From Vitrella brassicaformis CCMP3155 (taxonomy: Eukaryota > Protista > Chromerida): a stretch of 64,000 bases of DNA. Shown piece by piece: positions 25,680 through 38,479 of this stretch. A program made the translations under genes and the position numbers. The notes below the pieces were generated by a model. The model did not search any database, was not told where the DNA came from, and worked only from the letters and a program-made list of their open reading frames with translations. Every line of letters begins with the position of its first letter. Within the stretch, counting starts at the first letter, position 1. The stretch lies in the NCBI GenBank assembly GCA_001179505.1, contig CDMY01000989.1, positions 62,001-126,000 on the forward strand, in the 5' to 3' direction.

Positions 25680-28396
25680 TCACTTGGCCTTGTTGCCTCC
25701 CTCCTTGCGACCCTTGCCCCCCTTGCCCCCCTTGCCATTCTCTCCCTTGCCCTTCTTGTCTCCCTTGCCCCCCTCCTTCAGCACTAGCTCCATGTGCATC
25801 CAGCTCATGAAGCTGTCATCCACCCCGTTCCCATCCACACCACACCAAGACGACACCACACTGTACACCGACCCCACTCTCCTCTCTGCCTCCCGCAGCA
25901 AAGCCCTGAGGGCGTCGCCAGGGTACGGCTCGACATAGTCGTCGCAGTCGTTGTATTGGCCCTGGCCTGGTGCGAGCGACTCTGTGGTGAGTGTCAGGTC
26001 AACGCTGGCTTTGGCTGGCTTGATGGACGTGAGCAGAGACACCACAGACCGAGCGCACCCCTTGCTGATCTGATCCTCATTCGACACGCGCAGCGATTTG
26101 ACGGCAGGGTAGGCTAGCTTAGGCACGGGCACGTGGAGAAATCGGGCAGCTCCCCCTCGTCCAGCCGGATGTGCAACTCGTCTAGCTCTCGGGCATGCAG
26201 ATACGACACACACTGCGACACGGTGCGAGGGCTCCGTGCCTCCAACCACACCCACCGCACCCCCGCCAGGCTGCCCAGCAGCTGGTCCAGCCTGGCAGCC
26301 TCAGCACCGGTCGGCAAGGAGTTGTTGTGGGCATCGTAGCTTGATGCGTTGATGTAGAGGTGCTGGATGGCCGGCAGGTGTGTGTTGTTGCCGTTCTGGT
26401 CCTTGGCCACCAGCCACTCCGGGATGCTCGTGGTGAGCTGGTGGACGGGGGTGGTGTAGTGTTGGGGGTGGATGGAGAGCTTGGTGGCCGCGGGAAACGT
26501 CAGCAGCGGACCCCATGTGTCGTGCAGGGGAGCACCGCCGTACACAAACTTGACCTGCGAGAAGGAACAGAAAAAGGAAGAGGGCAGATATGAGCCATTC
26601 TCAAGCGTGCGCTGCGTGTCTCCCTCCCCCTGCACCCCTCACTCACTGCGTCGCATTCGTTCGTCAGGTTGGTGATGAGTTGGCCTACGGGGCGGCCGTG
26701 CGGGGCCGGGGGTGTTGTCGCCGGGCCCTCCTTGCCGCAGTCGATGATGATGTCGTCACACTTGTCGAGAATGCTACGCTCGATATGGTCATCCTCACTG
26801 CACAACACACACACACACGCACACACAACAGACTGTGCCCGTCTCTGCCTGCGGTTTGTTTGGTGCTGCATGTCTCACTTACCGTGGCATCCACACGATC
26901 TGGCATTTGGTCTCCTCGGCCCACGTGAGCAGGTCCTGCAGGGCGAAGTGGTTGGAGCCGCTGCGGTCGGTCAGCTGGCGGCTGAAGTCGGCGCCAAACG
27001 AGAAGCGATGGTGAATGGTGATGGTCTTGTCCACACCTGCACACCACAGATGACACATTCAGCAAGGAGTGCCTCCGTGTGTGCTACTAAGCTGCCCACC
27101 CCCCTCCCACCTTTCATGTGTTGGGTGCGCCAGTTGGTGTCGAGTGCCGTGGTGAGGCGGCCCAGCGGATCGTAGATGTACTCAACGCGACTGACACGGA
27201 GCACCACAGACGTATACACACATGGTGTGTTTATGCCGCCATTCCATCTATCTTTCAGCCCTGCTCACTCAGGTACTCTGTAGTCCTTTTTGGGTGGGAC
27301 GAGGTGGAGACCGCTGATGCTCGTGAGCTTGGGGCAGCCGCTCAGCGAACTGACATCCACACGCATATGACATCCACACGCATACAGACACACATCCACA
27401 CACACATGAGTATGTATGCTGTTCAATCATATACCTGGTGAACGCCTCCCACTCATCCCCCTCGGTGACATCGATGACATCGGCCTTGATGGAGGTGATC
27501 TTCGGCGAAGCTGACACGATGTGGGTGGCGCCCGGCAGGTGGGAGATGCGGTTGCCGGACAGCCCGCCACACACCTTGCCCATACTCAGCACCTCCAAAC
27601 TCGGAAACATCGACTTGCGATCCCTGACACGACACCCCAACACGTACGACATGAACCACATTTGTATCTCTGCAGCCAACCCATGCCCTCTTGTCCTTAC
27701 TTGACTAGGTCTAGGTAGCGCGTGTGGGTGATGTGTAGCTGCTGGGTCTTCTCAAACACCACCGGCTCCCTATCCGTCCCCTTCCCCACCCCCGCCCTCT
27801 CAGTATTGCCGACTCTGCCGAAGTAGTGTCTGTTGGGCTCATGACACACGCGCCTCGGGTCGTCCACACAGATGCGCACGAGTGTGGCGTTGGACGCCTC
27901 GATGCACTCCACTGCAGCCGGCAGCACATCCTCGTCGCCGTCGGTCTCGATGAACGCCGTCTTGAGCTTGCTCTGACCCACACACATACATACAGAAAAG
28001 CCTCCATCCATGCCTATCCTCCTCCCACCCACCCACCCACCAGTCGTGTTTTGAGTGTGTCTGTGAGTTTGATCTTCTTCCAGTAGTCGTACTCCTTGTT
28101 TGAGATGGTGAGGTCACGGTAGAGGATGCCGTATGTGGCTTCGGTGGTCTTCTTGTGCAGCTTCTGGCACACGAGCGAGAGCGGCTTGCGCTGGATGGTG
28201 GTGAGGAAGCCGCCGACCTCATACACACACTCAGCCTCGAGGTGAGCCAAACCAACTCTACCAACCTTATCCTGACACAACGACGAGAAATCATGTCCAC
28301 AGATGGCAGGTGCCCGGCTGTTGTTTGTTATTCGCTTACCGATTCCTTTGCCACCTGCGGCTGCTTCGCCTTCACCTTCACCCCAGCACGCGACAT
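25680..28396 (-). pseudogene. F-box-like / LRR-like paralog, copy B, with a frameshift
   Basis: Exon-by-exon homolog of copy A. A 1-nt deletion near 26135-26140 (CTG CCC GAT TTC TC- CAC GTG vs CTG CCC GAC TCA TCT CAC ACG in A) shifts the frame before PVPKLAYPAVKSL. Confidence 0.65.
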
Positions 28397-28628
28397 CTAC
28401 AGAGAGAGAGGGGGAGGAACAGACCGAATGGATGGATGGATGGATGGTTGGATGGATGGATGGATGGATGGATGTGTGTGTGTGTTGTGTGTGTCACCTG
28501 TTCGTTCTTCCTCGAAATTGTGGAGAAGCACGGCCAAAAGCTCTACGATCCATGCGAGCTCAAACTCGAAGTTGTCAGGTCAGGCGTCCCACAGCGTGTG
28601 GTTCTCTGCTTGTCTGCTTTTTTCATCG

Positions 28629-30929
28629 ATGCGGCTCCGGCTGCCCTCGTCGCTCTCCGCTGCTATTACCCGTCGCTCCAATCACCGTCCAATAGCCCCT
28701 CTGCCATGGCCACTCATCATCGGCAGGCAGCACAGGCGGTTCCACACGATGGACACCCACGTGCTGCCGCTGGACAGCAGCGATGGGAGCGTGCTGATAA
28801 GGGGCGGCGTCAGCCAGAGGAATGTGTGCGGCGTGAGCTTCACGCTGGAAGACAGTAAGGGCAGCCTGCTTCACGCACTGGTCAGCAAGCACAACAGAGA
28901 CTCACACACAGACAGACGATGATTGAGTGATTGATTGCTTTGACTGTCCGTCTGTCTGTCTGTCTGTGTTTATTGTCGCACCAATTGTTGATCCAGCGTA
29001 TTTTCGGTGAGTCGCTGATGGGGGGTGCTCACCTGACACAGGGGGAGGGAGGGAGGGATAATTCACTCATTGCTTGTCTGTCAGATAAGCACAATGTGAA
29101 CCTCACTCGCATCGAAAACCGGCCCTCGCCACTCAACACACATGAACAGTCAGTCAAGGCACACACGAACACTCAACACACATACACCGCGTTCCGTACC
29201 TGGCTGCAGGATGTTCTACGTGCACTTTGAGGGCCAATGGGACGACGGGACCGTGCAGAGTGTGGTGCGCGAGCTGGAGAACTCGCCCGAGTTCATCAAG
29301 GGCCACGTGCACCGACTGCGGAGCAGCGAGGTGCCGTGGTTCCCAAGGCGGCTCGCGGACATCGACCAGTTCTCAAAATCGACTCTCGACGCCGGCACAG
29401 GTACCCACATGCGTGCCTCTGTGCGTGTCTGTGTGTCCATTCAGATATGTGTGTGTGTGTGTCAGATTTGGACAGTGACCACCCTGGTTTCTCTGATCCT
29501 GAGTACCGCAAGAGGAGGGAGCAGATTGTCGAGCAGGCGGCACAGTATAGATCAGGCACGCCCATATACAAGACACACACACACACACACGCAGAGACAG
29601 GGACAGAGAGAGCGAGAGAGAGATGTGGCCTGTTCGTCTATTCATTCGTGCGTGCAGGGCAGGCGATTCCACGCATAGACTACTCCGAGTCAGGTGAGTG
29701 CACCCACACACAAGAACACACGTGCCACATCTACCACGCGTATCGTCTGTCCATCTGTCTATCTATCAGAGGTTGGGACGTGGGCGTGTGTGTACGACAA
29801 GCTCAAGACGCTCTTCCCCGACATGGCCTGCAACGAATTCAACGACGCACTCAGGGAGCTCGAGGCCGCCAGCATCTACTCGTCGTCCGCCATCCCGCAG
29901 CTGCAAGACGTGTCCGACTACCTGCAGAGGCGAACGGGTAGTTAATGATTCTGTACTATGAAAATGCGGATGGATGGATGGAGAAGATGGACACAGAGAA
30001 TGGCCCCCTCTGTGTGTTGTGATGCATTGCAGGTTTCACGCTGCGGCCCGTCACGGGTTTGCTGAGCGGCCGGGACTTCCTCAACGCTCTCGCCTTCAGG
30101 GTCTTCTTCTCCACACAGGTAAGTACCCGACTCACGTGAGTGCATCGTCTGTGTGTCCACCACATGTGTCTGTGTCTGTGTCTTTTTTCAGTACATCCGG
30201 CACCACAGCCAGCCCTTATACACGCCCGAGCCCGACGTCTGCCATGAGCTCATGGGACACGCACCAATGCTGCTCAACAAAGTCAGTTGCACCAACTCAC
30301 CACTCACTCTACACATGTACATGTGCCTGTGTGTGCAGGATTTTGCGGATTTCTCGCAAATCATCGGCTTGGCGTCTTTGGGTGCGACTGATGAGGACAT
30401 CCGGCGGCTGGCGACGTGCTACTGGTTCAGTGTAGAGTTCGGGGTCTTGTATCAGGACGGCGGCATCAAGGCCTATGGGGCTGGCCTGCTCTCGTCCTTC
30501 GGCGAGCTGCAGCACGCCACCTCACCCACCAACACAAAGGTAGACTGGCAGAGGGGCAGACACGCAGAAATGAATGTGTGGTCACGTGTGTGTGTGTGTG
30601 TGGATGTAGGTTGAGATCCGAGCGTGGGACCCGTGGGTGGCGTGCAGGCAGGAGTACCCCATCACCACATACCAGCCCATCTACTTCGCCGCCACGTCGC
30701 TCGCCGAAGTGAGTCAGTCACTCGAACACACAGTCACCCACAAATGGAACGTTGGGCAATGATTGTAATGTTGCGTCGTGTGCGTGGTGTGCTCCTGCAG
30801 GCGAAGGAGAAGATGCTGTCCTTCTGCGAGTCGATCAAGAAGCCCTTTTGCATCCGATACGACAGCGAGGCGCGGTGCGTCGTCACCGACACAGCCATCA
30901 CACCGAAACCCGTATCAATCAAATTCTGA
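28629..30929 (+). CDS. PAH: Phenylalanine-4-hydroxylase (biopterin-dependent aromatic amino acid hydroxylase) with ACT domain
   Basis: ACT domain: [27 protein letters not shown]. Catalytic domain: [122 protein letters not shown]. Confidence 0.97.
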
Positions 30930-31379
30930 CTATCTGGGAGATGGAAGACAGACAGGCAGGCAGACAGACAGACAGAGGCTGGTGTGTCCCCTGTAGACAT
31001 ACATACACTAGAGATTAGTAGTTGTCGTCACGTCGCCGTCTCTTTTTCCGTGTGCGAGTGCGTGCGTGTGTGTATTTATTTATTGGTGGCACGCTGTGTG
31101 CATTTGTGGTGGACGGACCGACAGATGGACGGACACGTGTGGAAAGCAGAAAGACAGACGAAGAGAAGTCGACGTCCGGACGTTTGTGTGTTGTGTGTGC
31201 AGCGAGCTGATGTGTGTAAGTCCCCCAGCCTCCATCCCTGCATCTGCTCTGGCCAACGGCCACTGCCTCTCACACGGGCACACCGTACACACGCACCAAA
31301 TGTCCCCACGCAGTCGATCCCCGCCCCCAGTTAGCAAACAAAAAAGCGGAAAGAACCCCCCGGCTATCTTGTCATTCGA

Positions 31380-32980
31380 TCACGACGCCCTTCTGTCCTT
31401 GAAGTGGTCCTTGAGGTTGGGGCTGGTGCCCATGCCGATGTAGTCGCGCACCCCACCCATAAGCTCCGCCTGCATTACGCAGACAGACAGACAGACATCA
31501 CACAAGAGACACGGACGGACGGACCTCCCTCGTCAGTCTCACCTGGAGTCGTTCCTGCTCCTGCTGTTCCCTCAGCATCTGCTCCCTCCTCTGCCTTCGC
31601 GCCTCCACATCCAGAGGGGCACTCCCCTCACGACCATAATACGGCTTCCTACCCCTCGCCCCCTCCCCCTCCCCGTCTGTGGCCAGCGTGCCCCTCATAT
31701 CATTCACCAAATCAGCAAACGGGTCCGTCGCTCTCTCAGATGCGCCCCCCTCCGCCTTGCTGAAGCTGCGGCCGGGCGGCGATTGCGACCGGCTGATGCG
31801 CTGGAATGGCACCACTGGCTGCTGCAGCAGAAGGCGGAACTGCTGTGCGCCGCCCTGCTGCATTGAGGGAAACGGTCCGTACGGGACGACCATCTGCATG
31901 TGTGCGGGAGGGGGGAGGGGCGGGGCGGGCTGGGGCCGGATAGTGGGCTGCAGAGAGAAGTAGGGCATGACGGTTGGTGCAGGCTGGGATTCACAGCGGG
32001 ACCCGACGCTGGTCTTCTCTGGCTGTGCCGTCAGCTGTGTCTCCTGCTGTGTTGTGATGGCCCGCAGGCCAGCGGGGCTGGACGGGGCGCTCGCCACTCC
32101 CCACCCCTGGGCAGGCTGGCCAGGCGACGCCTCAGCACCACCAGCAGCACCAGCAGCAGCAGGGGCAGTCGTGTATATGGCCGGAACAACTGGTACATGC
32201 TCATGACTGGTGATGGTGTCTTCCATCTTGATGAGGTCCTCGTCGATGCCGCGACACGGCCCAGCAGGCGCACTCACGTCGATCAGGGGAGCTGACTCAA
32301 CAACCACCGCCGCCACTGCTGCTGCTGGTTTCGTGTCTTGTCTCTGCTCCTTCTCTCTTTTTGCTATCTCTGCTGCTGATGCTGCTGCTGGTGGTTTTGC
32401 GGCTCTGGCCTGACGAGGGTGAGGGACGAGGGGGGGCCGGCCGGATGCAGCACCAGCTGCTGCAGCGGGGTTCATGACGTACATGTCCACCAGGAGCTCA
32501 CCGGCAAATCTGTCCTTGTGCTCCAGCATGATAGCCTGCATGCGCACAGCATACACAAGTCACACGGGGCCTGCCTCTGTATCCGTATCTATGACCCCTC
32601 GGTAGCGGCCCTTGAGCGTGTTGTCGACCAGCAGATTGGCCAGACCAAAATGGGCTTCGGCAGCACGCTTGTCGACCACCTGATATACCAACAATCGCGC
32701 ACCCACGAGCAACGCCATCTTCCCGTGTTGCATTCCATACCAGGGCCCTCTTGTGGAAGATGGTGAATCGGACGAATGTGTCCTTTGTGAAGCGCTTGAA
32801 CTTGATCATCTTGTTGAAGGTGGGCTCCTCATCCCCACCGATGTAGTCGGTGCGGATGCAGTGGCCATCGACCTCCACTTCCACAGCATGCAGCCCCGCG
32901 TGTTTCAGCCGCCTGGCTTGCAGCAGGTTGACAACCAGTGTCGGGTGCTCACCAATCGACGAGAGAGAAAACGCAGCCAT
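31380..32980 (-). CDS. C2-domain protein with Pro/Ala/Gln-rich low-complexity tail
   Basis: LVVNLLQARRL..VEVEVDGHCIRTDYIGGDEEPTFNKMIKF..VRFTIFHK..GELLVDM is a C2-like beta sandwich. The last exon ends KDRRAS* at 31380. Confidence 0.75.
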
Positions 32981-33320
32981 GAGTCGGTGGGAAGAAGCCT
33001 ATTGGAAGAAGGCGGCGATGAGAGGCCGACAGACTGGTGACAGACTCTGCCTGCCGTTGCGCTATGTGTTAATGCGTCTTCCCCCGAAGGCTTAAGCAGG
33101 GGAAGAAGCAGGGGACGCGAGAAGCAGGGAAAGAAAAAGACGCCAGCCAAACAAGAGGAGGGAGGACCGGCTGGGGAATCGTCGAGATGCGAGCTAAAAA
33201 TTGCTGTGCGTGTCTTCCCAGCGCTTCCCCAAGCAGGAGCCTGAAGCAGCAGGGACGGGATTCCCATCCTTTATCTGTCAACAAGATCTGTCGAGCAAAT
33301 CGCGGCGGCGTGCAAGATTC

Positions 33321-34814
33321 ATGGAGATCTTTGGGCTTCTAGCCTTCGTCGCATTGGATGCGGCAGATGCCTTCGCCTTCCCCTCCCCTGCCGCCCTCGC
33401 CCCCTCACTGAGGCCATTGTCATTAGCGGCCGGTCCGCCATTCAGGAGTCGACTCAGACGGGATGGCAACGCCAGGCTGTCTATGGGAGCAGCAGCACCT
33501 GCAGCCTCAAGCGTGGCAGGTGCGCTGCGGCCCTGTGCTTGACACGTCATGATGCTATGCAATGCATCTGTAGGTGTGTATGTGTGTTGGTTTCCACAGG
33601 TGCCTTATCATCGACTGCTGACGGTCCGTATCGCCTGACGTGGCTGGAGGGCAACTCGTGGCTGTGGGAGGTGGGTGGCGTGCGGCTGCTGGTAGATCCA
33701 GTGCTCGAAGGTGCGCTGAACTTCAACATACCCAGCCTCTACTCGGGCGAGAAACGGGTGAGTGACGGAGAGAGGAGCGCCACCCATGGCCGTCTTCCAT
33801 GCGCTTGCTGGATGTGAGTCATCGGTGCAGAGTTTGCCGCGGACATTGGACGGCGTGTCGTCGTCTCTCGGGGTGACTGACTCGCTGGACGCCATACTTA
33901 TCACACAGGGACTCGAGGACCACTGCCACGCACGGTACACACATACAGACACAGACACAGACACAGAGAAAGATGCGTCATAGGCATCCGTCTGTCCATT
34001 CGTCTATTTCTGTGTCTGTCAGGACACTAAACAAGCTCAAGTCAGTGCTGTCATCCCGGCCCCCGCGCCCCTCCCCACTGCCCATCGTCACCGCCCCATC
34101 AGCCCTGCCCACACTGGAGTCCATATTCTCCGACTCGACTGATCTCGTGTCCATAGTGCCGCTGCGGCCGGGCGAGTCGGTGCCTGTGTATGGTGACAAG
34201 GGGGTGCGGGTGGATGTGACGGCCACCAGCGGCGCGTTGGTGGGACCGCCGTGGCAGGACAGAGAGAATGGCTATCTCGTGACAATGCCGCAGGTAGGCG
34301 TGGACAGAGAGGGAGGGAGGGGGTGTGAGTGGAGATCTGGGGGTGCGTCTCTCGGTTGTGTGTGCAGGGGCTGAAGCTCTATTACGAGCCTCACTGTGAT
34401 TACATTCCTGAGCTGATCAAGGGTAGGGACCAATGCAGCACTCACACGCATCCATCCATCCATCCATGCGTGTTTGCCTACGTCTGTGCAGGTGTGTCAG
34501 CCGATGTGGTCATCACGCCCGTCACCTACCAGCGTATCTTCGGCTATGCCTTCGTCAAGGGCGGGCAGAACGCCGTGTCGTTGATCAAGCAGCTGGGGGC
34601 TCGTGTGGTGGCGCCCATGAACAACGGAGAGCTCGAGGCCAAAGGCATCTTGACGTCGCTCATCAAGAGTGAGGGCGGGGTGGAGCCCTTCAAGGCCCTC
34701 CTAGCTGCCGACCACCCCAACCGATACATCGTCATGGACATACAGCCCGGCCAGCCGGCTGACATCCCCATCAAGGAGCTCTTACAAGACAGAGTGGCTG
34801 TTGAGACTGCGTGA
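33321..34814 (+). CDS. Metallo-beta-lactamase-fold hydrolase, probably plastid-targeted (plant/cyanobacterial type)
   Basis: Bipartite presequence: signal MEIFGLLAFVALDAADA|FAF then a Ser/Pro/Arg-rich transit-like part. Mature region: LTWLEGNSWLWEVGGVRLLVDPVL, DAILITQGLEDHCH, GALVGPPWQDRENGYL, LYYEPH, ADVVITPV, VAPMNNG. Confidence 0.85.
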
Positions 34815-35327
34815 CGTTATCTTCGTGACGTGGTTTTGTATGTGTGAAGAGAGACAGAAGGAGGTGGTGTGTGCAGAGCGGTTGTGTCTCTGTGTGTGGA
34901 TAAAGAGGCGGATATCGCTGGCTGGACGGTTTTTCATCGACGTGTGCAGGCATCCGACAGTCATCCATTCGTCAGTATGGGCGCTAAGCAGCGTAGAGAG
35001 TCGTGCAGCGCAGTGTCTCGAGCGTGTGCATGTCTTTATCAGTAGATCGGCCTACAGAGTAGTGAGTGCGGCCGCTGGATACTCATCGACGTCACAACAC
35101 ATAGCACGCCGATGGGTTTCGTACTTGCTGGGACAACGCCTGCTTGGCGAATAACAATATCCGGATGGGGGTTTGAAATAATATCCGCCTGTTGGTAACG
35201 CACTTTTGAATCGAGTTCTTCAAGCAGCTTTTCGCCGTCGCTTCGCTTTTTCCCCCGCTTTTTGTTCTTCTTCCCTCGGCGTTTTCCCTCCTTCCCCTCC
35301 CTCCGCTCCCTCTCAGCAGCAGCCACG

Positions 35328-36958
35328 ATGCGCGTGTGTGCCCTCATTGCCATCAGCCTGCTCCTCGCCACCTCAGGTGCGACTGCAGACACGACAGCGG
35401 CACAGTGGATCACTGCAGACGTGCCAGCACATCCGTTCTCTGCGACTCTGTCCCTCTGTATCTGCCTGTGGTCCCTCGCCCCCTCTGTCTGTCTGTCTGT
35501 CCGTGCGTGTCAGTGTCGGTGGTGGTGTGTGAAGCCCAGAAGCACCAGCAGCATCAGCAGGAGGTGGCCTCCCTCGTGCGGTCTCTTCGGGAGCTCTCAG
35601 AAGATCCTGGCCTGGAGGACACGCCACCTTCCCCAGAAGACGAGGCCACTGCTCCCGACGACGATGAAGACTCGTCAGAAGACAGTGAGCACTGAATCTC
35701 GTGGCTGGCTGCCAAGCATCCCCCAGATACCGCACCTCTCCCTCTCTCCCCCCTCCCTTCTCTCTCTGTGTGTGTGTGTGTGTTCTGTGTGCAGGTGCCA
35801 TATCGCCTGCTGATGATGCGGACTCAGCGTCGTGGGTGGCGCTGACCAAAGGGAAGTGGGGGATCGATGAGAAGGTGGAAAAGGCATTGAATGTGTTCAT
35901 CGCCAAGATGCTGGCGTACGCGTACAAGTTCAAGAACCTAGGCTACTTCTTCCACCACAGTGATGTCCAGTAAGCAGACGAGCACCACACAGAGATGGAG
36001 GGAGGTTAGATGTTGACACGTGTCTGTATCCGTCTGTGTGTCTGCATCTGTGTGTGTGTGTGTGTGGTGTGTGAGCAGTCTAAGGGCTTCGAGGCCTTTT
36101 GCAAGTACCTGTTTTTTATCATCGTAGTCAAAGTCGAGATCACCATCGAGTTCCTCCATGGGTACGTACGTCCCTGCGCACATGTGCACGCGTCAACCAC
36201 CACAACACACACACACACACACACACGGGCAGCCGTCGTAGTGGTTTCTCTCTCTTTCTGCCTCTGTGTGTCAGTTGTCACGGCGATTATTATCCCAAGT
36301 CCGTTGCGTACTACAACTACCCTAAGGACAAGTACAAGCCCATGCCGTCGATTCAGAACCTGTTCACGACGTACGCAGAATACTACGACTCGTACCTGAC
36401 GGTAAGGGGGAAGGGGAGAGGGACCGACACACACTCTTGACGGATACGATGCGTGTGTTCATTCAGGTGTATGACGGGTGCAAGGGGGATAACCAGTGCA
36501 TCCACTTCCTCGAGAAACACTTCCTCAGCAAACTGGTTCGTGTGACACACACACACACACACACACACATGCATCCTCTCACCTTGTGTGTCCCCCCCTC
36601 CCCCATTCTCTGTGTGTCTCGAAAAAGGTCGTCGTCATTAAGTTCATATATGGAATCATCATCAAGATCTACCATTACGGCAGTCTGAAACTCGGCATCG
36701 TGGCCATCGACCGTTACCTTTACAAGAAGTTTGGCTGTTACGGTACTGCACACACACAAAACGAGTGGGGGTTGCTTTCATTTGTGTGCCTTGGCGTGTG
36801 TAGGTAGCAACAAGGGCGGCAAATGGTGCAACACCGGCTACTGCCCGAAGGGCAATGAGATAGGCGAGCAGGGTATGGGCATCACGGGTACGCCTGCGAT
36901 AGCCATGGCTGTTGATGAGGCACCCGAGGACGCGCTTGATGGAGAAGAAGTCGACTAA
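35328..36958 (+). CDS. Secreted Tyr/aromatic-rich helical protein, tandem copy 1
   Basis: Signal MRVCALIAISLLLATS(VSVVVCEA) and an acidic linker. Helical segments are separated by GCxG turns (GCHG, GCKG, GCYG). One exon has 10 Tyr in 42 aa. One splice donor at ~35965 is ambiguous. Confidence 0.65.
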
Positions 36959-38059
36959 GTCGATGTGATATCTTCGGACGTCGAGCACTGAGTGACCTAC
37001 ATGCTTGTTGGCCGCCTTTTTCCTACTTTCTGGCCGCCGGGTGGTCGGTCTCCTTTAGTGCTGTGTCGTTTCTGCCTCATGACGGTGGGTGTAGTGTGGT
37101 GGGCAACGTCCTAGTCTTCCTAGTCAGCCTCTCGATGAATGGATGAATGGATGGATGGATGGTGTGTGTGGCGGCCAGCTGTCTGTGTGCGTAGTGAGTG
37201 TGCGTCCCCTGTGCCATGCAGACTTATGGCTTCGTCTTTGAGTGCTTCCTATGTTTGTGTGGGCATGCAGCAAGGCGAGACAGGCACTAGTGCCGATCAT
37301 GAGCGAGCCAATTCGTTAGTGTCTGCGTGTGCGCATGTGTGCCATCAGCACAGTGGATGGATGGCTCCATTTGCAAGACGGCCATGTGTGCGCTGGCTGA
37401 TGCGCTTGTGGGTCTTAGTCCCTTTGTGTCTTTTCCCTCCCCCTTACACACACATACTTACATGTGTACACTTATCTGTACATGTACGACGCTTACGTAT
37501 ATGTAATTGTGTCCTATATACATACCGCTGTGTGTCTGGGGGGCCTGTGTGTGATTGCTATTTGTATGTCAACAGCTCCGGCGAAGGGCATTTATGTCAG
37601 CCAGTGCGGACACAAGAGGAAGAGAAACGAAGAGAGGGCTTTTTGGCCGTGGACACGGGCGGGCAGACAGACCACAATGTGTACACATGCCGTATACCGC
37701 CTGTCTGTATTTATAGGTGGAGCCTTTTTCGACTGCCTGCAATGTCGGGACTTTCTTCCCCCTTTTCTGCCTTATCGCTCACTCAAGTGTCTTCATCATC
37801 ATGGTGCATGACAGGGTGCAGAGAGGGGTAATCATGCACATCGTTGACTTATCTACATGCCGAAAGTGTGTCGTTCAAATCACTCACATGCACAGTGGCC
37901 CGCAGTGGCAGTCGAAGCAGCGGGCAACATAAATATGAAGTGTAGGCAGCGATTGCTGGACCTTACCCAACAAATCAAGAGACATTCAAATCGGCATTGC
38001 CTGCTTGGTCACACAGATGCACGCACACACCATGTCATACGTGGCCGTGTGTCTCGGCT

Positions 38060-38330
38060 CGCTCACTGCTTGGCGGATGGCACGGTGGGCAGCACGAACT
38101 CTTGCACATACGTAAGTCACACGCACACGTGCATACAGGTAGATGTCTCTGCAGTTGTGTCTCTGTGTGGTTTTCATGGTGCCCAGCTTCCTCCGCCTCA
38201 CTTCTCTCGGCAGGACCTTCCGCACGGAGGGCAGCGCCAATAAGGAGAGATGATTGATGTGTAACGATGCGCCGGGGGCCACACACGCGTTGGTCCACGG
38301 CACGAACAAACACCAACAGTCGATCGTGAT
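38060..38330 (-). pseudogene. Degenerate remnant of the RPA70-like OB-fold gene family
   Basis: ..PRE|gtgagg and QEFVLPTV..AKQ|gtgagc correspond to the end of exon 3 and to exon 4 of the intact genes at 54563-55244 and 61159-61874. Confidence 0.45.
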
Positions 38331-38479
38331 GTAATGATAACGAGCAGCACACATGAATGCAATGGACAGACATGCAGACTGACAGACAGCCAACCAGCAC
38401 GGCGCATACATCCAGGCCAATCAACACACACTATCTCCAAACGCCTACTCACTGGGGGGCACCCTCAGAAAATGAGAGG

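Larger units (their letters stand above)
18480..28450. repeat. Direct segmental duplication (~18480-22060 and ~25380-28450) separated by the ankyrin gene
   Basis: Exons, introns and 3' flank are shared (e.g. cagtcagtccgatgcc..cacc at ~18490 and ~25380; agagtagaatggc at ~18830 and ~25440). Confidence 0.85.

Noticed and set aside
28330-28332. Premature TAA early in F-box-like copy B
   Set aside because: It lies inside an intron (TCG|gtaagc...tgtcag|GAT AAG) that matches the intron in copy A.
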